IMG/VR virus record: IMGVR_UViG_3300035698_018317
Span: 62,001-126,000 of that record
Reading direction: 5' to 3' (one strand)
DNA length: 64,000 nucleotides
The position numbers were made by a program, and so were the translations under genes. Below are positions 60,053 through 64,000 of this stretch, piece after piece; position 1 is the stretch's first letter; every line of letters starts with the position of its first letter. The notes beneath the pieces are model-generated. The model saw only the letters and a list, made by a program, of their open reading frames with translations. It was not told the origin of the DNA and did not search any database.

Positions 60053-61006
60053 TTGGCTAAATTTACGTTCGGTTCAGACCCAGAGTTTATGTTGGTGGAT
60101 AAAAACGGTGTATTTCGTAGCGCCATAGGTATCGTTCCCGGCACCAAATACAAAAGACACCGTATAGGTGGTGACCACTTCTATTATGATAACGTAATGG
60201 CAGAATGCACCATTGAGCCAGCAGCATCTAAGAAAGAAGCTTTAGCTAATTTCAGAAAAGCATTTGGCTCATTCGCAAAATTGGTAAAGCCCAATATCCT
60301 TGTAGCAAGAGCATCGCAAGAATATTCACGAGAAGAGTTGGCCCATCCAGATGCGTTGGAAATAGGATGTGACAGAGAATATTGCTGTTATGCTTTGAGG
60401 GATGTTGAACCGCCCGAAGAAGATTTCCAATCAGGGCAGTTGAGGTCCGCTGGAGGCCACCTTCATATAGGAAGCGAATTTGCCAAAGACCCTAAAGGGT
60501 GTCTTGCAACGATTCGTATGATGGACTTGTTCCTTGGCACAATGTCAATTTATCTTGATAAAGATGAAACAACCGCACGCCGAAAAGAGCTATATGGTAA
60601 AGCTGGAAGATTCAGAACTCCACCGCACGGTGCTGAATATAGGTCTTTGGGGAATTTCTGGTTATCTAGTCCAAAATTGGTTGGGTTTGTTTATGATATG
60701 ACCGCATTTATCATGCAGTTTGTTGAAGATAGAAGGCATGACGAATTCTGGTTCATTGATGAAGAAAGACTGGATAGTGATGACGCATGGAACGAAGAAG
60801 GATTTGACCCCGCAAGTTGTCATATTTGCAAGGGTTACGATTTGGACGCTCTTCGTTATGCCATCGACACGGTAGATGCCAAACAAGGTCGGGATTTTCT
60901 GTCTTTCATTGAAGGACAAATGCCTGCACGTTTGTTTAATAAATTTCGGGAATTGGCTGATGTCAAAGAACCATATGACTTCAATAAAGAATGGAGTTTG
61001 GCATAA
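60053..61006 (+). CDS. phiEco32-like COOH-NH2 ligase type 2 (glutamine synthetase/glutamate-cysteine ligase fold)
   Basis: FGSDPEFML, DNVMAE, IGCD, RSAGGHLHIG, RKELYGKAGRFR..PHGAEYRSL.NFW. Confidence 0.88.
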   Translation: MAKFTFGSDPEFMLVDKNGVFRSAIGIVPGTKYKRHRIGGDHFYYDNVMAECTIEPAASKKEALANFRKAFGSFAKLVKPNILVARASQEYSREELAHPDALEIGCDREYCCYALRDVEPPEEDFQSGQLRSAGGHLHIGSEFAKDPKGCLATIRMMDLFLGTMSIYLDKDETTARRKELYGKAGRFRTPPHGAEYRSLGNFWLSSPKLVGFVYDMTAFIMQFVEDRRHDEFWFIDEERLDSDDAWNEEGFDPASCHICKGYDLDALRYAIDTVDAKQGRDFLSFIEGQMPARLFNKFRELADVKEPYDFNKEWSLA

Positions 61007-61641
61007 TGTCAAAAGAAATTTATTTAAAATGGTGCGTATACAAGAACGACCCTGAACCCACATCTTGTATTCTAGCGTTGCCGGGAAGAGGTCAAAGCGG
61101 GTCTCATATGGCTTCGACTTACTTCAGCATAATGAGTCACCCTAAAACGATGATTATTGGGGTGACTCCAATGGGTCATGAATGGTATCCTTGTCCCAAA
61201 GGACCATATGACCAAAATGAAGCACTAAGCGGCTTGGATGCTGCAATAGAAACAGTTGATGATGTGGTAAATTGCATAATTGAAAGATATAATATCCCAG
61301 CAGAAAATATTTCCATAGTTGGATATTCCGCTGGTGGAGTTATGGCAGTGCAGGCAGCGTCACATTTGCCTCATCATAACTTTGCCTCTATTGCTTGTCA
61401 TGCTGGGGCAGTCTTAGACCCAAATGAATTGCCTGATTGTGTAAATGAAACTGAAATTTTGATTTGTCACAGTCAAGATGATTCTTGTTTTGATTGGTGG
61501 ACTAGATACATGCCCTCAAGAGAGGCATTAAGAAACAAAGGATATAACGTTCGATTTTCAGAACGTGCAAAGGGTGGGCATTCAATTTTCTATGGTGATT
61601 TGAAGAAGGCTGCTGACATCATGGAAAGTAAGTTTGGATAA
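61006..61641 (+). CDS. Alpha/beta hydrolase (carboxylesterase/phospholipase-like)
   Basis: GYSAGG nucleophile elbow; HSQDD; GGHS. Confidence 0.85.
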   Translation: MSKEIYLKWCVYKNDPEPTSCILALPGRGQSGSHMASTYFSIMSHPKTMIIGVTPMGHEWYPCPKGPYDQNEALSGLDAAIETVDDVVNCIIERYNIPAENISIVGYSAGGVMAVQAASHLPHHNFASIACHAGAVLDPNELPDCVNETEILICHSQDDSCFDWWTRYMPSREALRNKGYNVRFSERAKGGHSIFYGDLKKAADIMESKFG

Positions 61642-61729
61642 TTTATTATCTGCCCCTTAAAGGGCAGTAACTTAGGGCTTCGGGTTCTAGTTAGCCCTTT
61701 ATTTATGAGTAGGTGAAGCTCATTATATA

Positions 61730-61762
61730 AAAAAGGGAGATGATTCAATCATCTCCCTTTTT
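61730..61762. terminator. Bidirectional terminator
   Basis: AAAAAGGGAGATGAT/ATCATCTCCCTTTTT. Confidence 0.9.
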
Positions 61763-61785
61763 CTATGCTCTCTTTTTATATAAAA

Positions 61786-62580
61786 TTATGAACCAATTCT
61801 GGCTTGTGGTGCATAACCTATTTCTCCGGGTCCGGGTTGTTCGGCACCGACACTCACACTATTGTCAGGTTCGATTCTTTTGGTTAGTTCCATATCTTCT
61901 ACGGCCACACCATCCCAGTTGCCTTGGTCAGAGAAGTCGGTCATCATGTCATTCAGGCTGTTAAGGAATCCATCATCATCTTCAACGGTTTCTTTTTTCA
62001 TCTTGCCTTTTTTCATGTCTTTGTCAACCTTGTCCATCTTATCCATCTTATCTTCTTTAGAATCGGCCTTCTTGTCGTCCTTCTTATCGTCTTTTTTATC
62101 GTCTTTCTTGGCTTTACCCTTTTTAGCGGACTTGCCACCTTTTTTCATGCCTTTTTTCTGCATTTCTAGGGCATCGCCTGAATCGTCATCAGAATCAATT
62201 TCTGTTTCAGTTTCTTCTTCCTCGTCACCATCACCATCTTTTTTGATAACAGTTGTTTCTTCTTCTGAATCTTCCGAATCTTTTTCGGCATCTTCATCAG
62301 CGTCCGGGTCTGCGTCTTTTACGGCGGTGGGGTCAACGATTTCACCGTCATCTTCGCCATCTTCGCTTTCACCATCTTCTTTTGGGATATCGACATCGCC
62401 ATCCATCTTCTTTTTGAGTTTCTTTTTGGCTTCGTCTAATTTTGTTTTTAGCTTATCAAGCATTTCATCTTCGGTTGGCATATTGCTAACTAGCCCAATG
62501 TTTTGAGGATTAGAAATACCCAAAGCATGAGTGACACCAACAGATTCGTTCATCAACTTCCAATTTTTATAAGAAAGCAT
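61786..62580 (-). CDS. Low-complexity acidic/Lys-rich protein with CTS-like start (MLSYKNWKLMNE)
   Basis: 264 aa; D/E block followed by KKDD repeats. Confidence 0.65.
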   Translation of the reverse strand: MLSYKNWKLMNESVGVTHALGISNPQNIGLVSNMPTEDEMLDKLKTKLDEAKKKLKKKMDGDVDIPKEDGESEDGEDDGEIVDPTAVKDADPDADEDAEKDSEDSEEETTVIKKDGDGDEEEETETEIDSDDDSGDALEMQKKGMKKGGKSAKKGKAKKDDKKDDKKDDKKADSKEDKMDKMDKVDKDMKKGKMKKETVEDDDGFLNSLNDMMTDFSDQGNWDGVAVEDMELTKRIEPDNSVSVGAEQPGPGEIGYAPQARIGS

Positions 62581-62648
62581 TTTTATCTCCTATTTTTTTT
62601 AACGGTCCATAAAGGCCGACAACTTTTCTAACCTATATAGATTAGTTA

Positions 62649-62861
62649 TTATAATTTTCCGAATTTCTTAAGTATTTGTTCTCTTCTTTTACGTTCTACA
62701 TCTCTGCGTTTTCTATTTCGGCTTGAATTATTAATAGGAGTTGACCTGCTAGCACTTAAAATGGTATTACCTCTGCCTCTGCCGCTTCTGCCGCTACTAG
62801 CGCTTTTTACGCTTCCGATTCTTTTTCTGGCACCGCCGCCTTTATTACATCCGCAACCCAT
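62649..62861 (-). CDS. Small Arg-rich protein (MGCGCNK...)
   Basis: 70 aa; SD AGGAGG. Confidence 0.65.
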   Translation of the reverse strand: MGCGCNKGGGARKRIGSVKSASSGRSGRGRGNTILSASRSTPINNSSRNRKRRDVERKRREQILKKFGKL

Positions 62862-62941
62862 ATTTTCCTCCTACGATTTTTAGAAAGTCTAGTTCCAGTT
62901 CGTGACTTCCTTTTCTTTTTATTTTTTCTTCCACAGCACAT
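62807..62941 (-). CDS. 44 aa Cys/Arg/Lys-rich peptide (MCCGRKNKKKRKSR...); not in the ORF track
   Basis: Translated by hand; ACTACATATATT immediately upstream. Confidence 0.35.
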   Translation of the reverse strand: MCCGRKNKKKRKSRTGTRLSKNRRRKIWVADVIKAAVPEKESEA

Positions 62942-62963
62942 AATATATGTAGTGATGTTAAAT

Positions 62964-62991
62964 AAAAAAAACGCCCTCAAAAGAGGGCGTT
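62964..62991 (-). terminator. Rho-independent terminator
   Basis: AACGCCCTC/GAGGGCGTT stem with a T-run on the minus strand. Confidence 0.85.
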
Positions 62992-63016
62992 AGTTTGAAG
63001 GCACGACTACGACGAT

Positions 63017-63703
63017 TTAACGATACATATTGTCCGGTATAAATCCTCTACTATCATCGAATGTGAATTTCTTATTACTTTCATAGCCGCCACAATCTTT
63101 CAGTGTGGGGATAAGAAATCTCTTGTTGGTAGGTCTATATCGCTCTTGAGAGAACTTCTCAACGGCTGTTTCAAATTTATGGTAGAATTTTCCCATTTTA
63201 ATAGATGTAATGTGATGAGGAAGATTCAAACACAAAATCTGGTTCTGAATGGTTTTTAATACCTCAGACGCTCTAACCTTTTTACGCCCTTTACCAACTT
63301 TACTAAAGTCAATAAACCACAAGAAAGAATCAGGGTCATACGTAAAAACAGGATTTTGAATTCCTGCGTCCCAATGACTATCAATAATATCCGTTATTTC
63401 AGATAGCCAAAGATTACGTTTTACTACAGAAACGTATTTTGCGTAATAATAATAAGCAAAGACGCTTCTGAAACTCATAATCAAGATATGCTTGTTTGCT
63501 TTCGTGTGCATATTATGACGGAGACAGAATGGACAATAGAAACGTTGGCCTGATAAACGCTCACACCACTTCCTTATCATAGGCAGCATTCCTACTTGTT
63601 TGCCACAAAAGCAACAAGAGTAATGAATGTGTTCTGACAATTCATCGGACTCGTTTTCTATTTCTTGTAATTGTATATTTTGACGGTCTATGGTTGTGCT
63701 CAT
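63017..63703 (-). CDS. Hypothetical Zn-finger protein
   Basis: CCFCGK and FYCPFC. Confidence 0.6.
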   Translation of the reverse strand: MSTTIDRQNIQLQEIENESDELSEHIHYSCCFCGKQVGMLPMIRKWCERLSGQRFYCPFCLRHNMHTKANKHILIMSFRSVFAYYYYAKYVSVVKRNLWLSEITDIIDSHWDAGIQNPVFTYDPDSFLWFIDFSKVGKGRKKVRASEVLKTIQNQILCLNLPHHITSIKMGKFYHKFETAVEKFSQERYRPTNKRFLIPTLKDCGGYESNKKFTFDDSRGFIPDNMYR

Positions 63704-63783
63704 TTTTTACACCAAAAAAAAATAAGTTTTTGTTCTACGCTCTCTATATAAGTTTGAACTATAGTTAGCAGTAGAGGATAATT

Positions 63784-64000
63784 ATGAAAACATTCTATCA
63801 ATGGGCTGAAGAAAATAAAATAGAGCTTCCCGTAATAACGACTGACGGTGAGGATGCCACGAGCGAAAACAGAGTCAGGACTGGTTATAGTGCAAACTAT
63901 CCACCTGCCTATGTTGCTGCTCAATATCCTCATCATTACTTCAATCCTGCCAAGGCCACAGCAGACCTTGATGCGGAACAAATGAAGAAAAAAGATAAGA
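63784..64000 (+). CDS. Protein with CTS-like start (MKTFYQWAEE); 3'-truncated by the window edge
   Basis: ATG 63784 after GAGGA; frame open to the end of the window. Confidence 0.6.
   Translation, partial: MKTFYQWAEENKIELPVITTDGEDATSENRVRTGYSANYPPAYVAAQYPHHYFNPAKATADLDAEQMKKKDK

Noticed and set aside
61862-62506. Long Ser-rich plus-strand ORF (and similar antisense ORFs such as 43509..43757, 18101..18490 and 21927..22184)
   Set aside because: These are shadows of low-complexity or real genes on the opposite strand, with no independent start signals.

Overview
This window is a segment of a large T4-like (myovirus-type) phage genome in the standard genetic code. No tRNA, rRNA or CRISPR array was recognised. 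The head module is clear: terminase large subunit, an intein-containing portal, a core protein, gp21-type prohead protease, scaffold and gp23-type major capsid protein. Replication and modification genes include a primase, an Fe-S PD-(D/E)XK nuclease, a Dam-type methylase and an actin-like ATPase cut by the left edge. The accessory repertoire is large. It includes a glycosylation set (gmd, fcl, GT54/MGAT4-like, GT29-like, several GT-A enzymes and methyltransferases), five accessory proteases plus a McsA homologue, and a split phiEco32-type amidoligase system. It also includes a BCS1-like AAA/CYTH/WYL-like operon and a giant purple-acid-phosphatase/LamG protein. The main cross-cutting signals are: (i) at least 14 unrelated ORFs share an N-terminal M-K-[TS]-F-x-[EK]-[WYF]-x(1-3)-E tag resembling the T4 internal-protein capsid-targeting sequence; (ii) two promoter classes sit 4-8 nt from start codons, suggesting leaderless mRNAs; (iii) two enzymes (an AroB-like protein and a LAGLIDADG protein) keep full-length ORFs but have lost their catalytic residues; (iv) there are three apparent frameshifts. 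All family calls come from motif reading by eye; no database searches were run.
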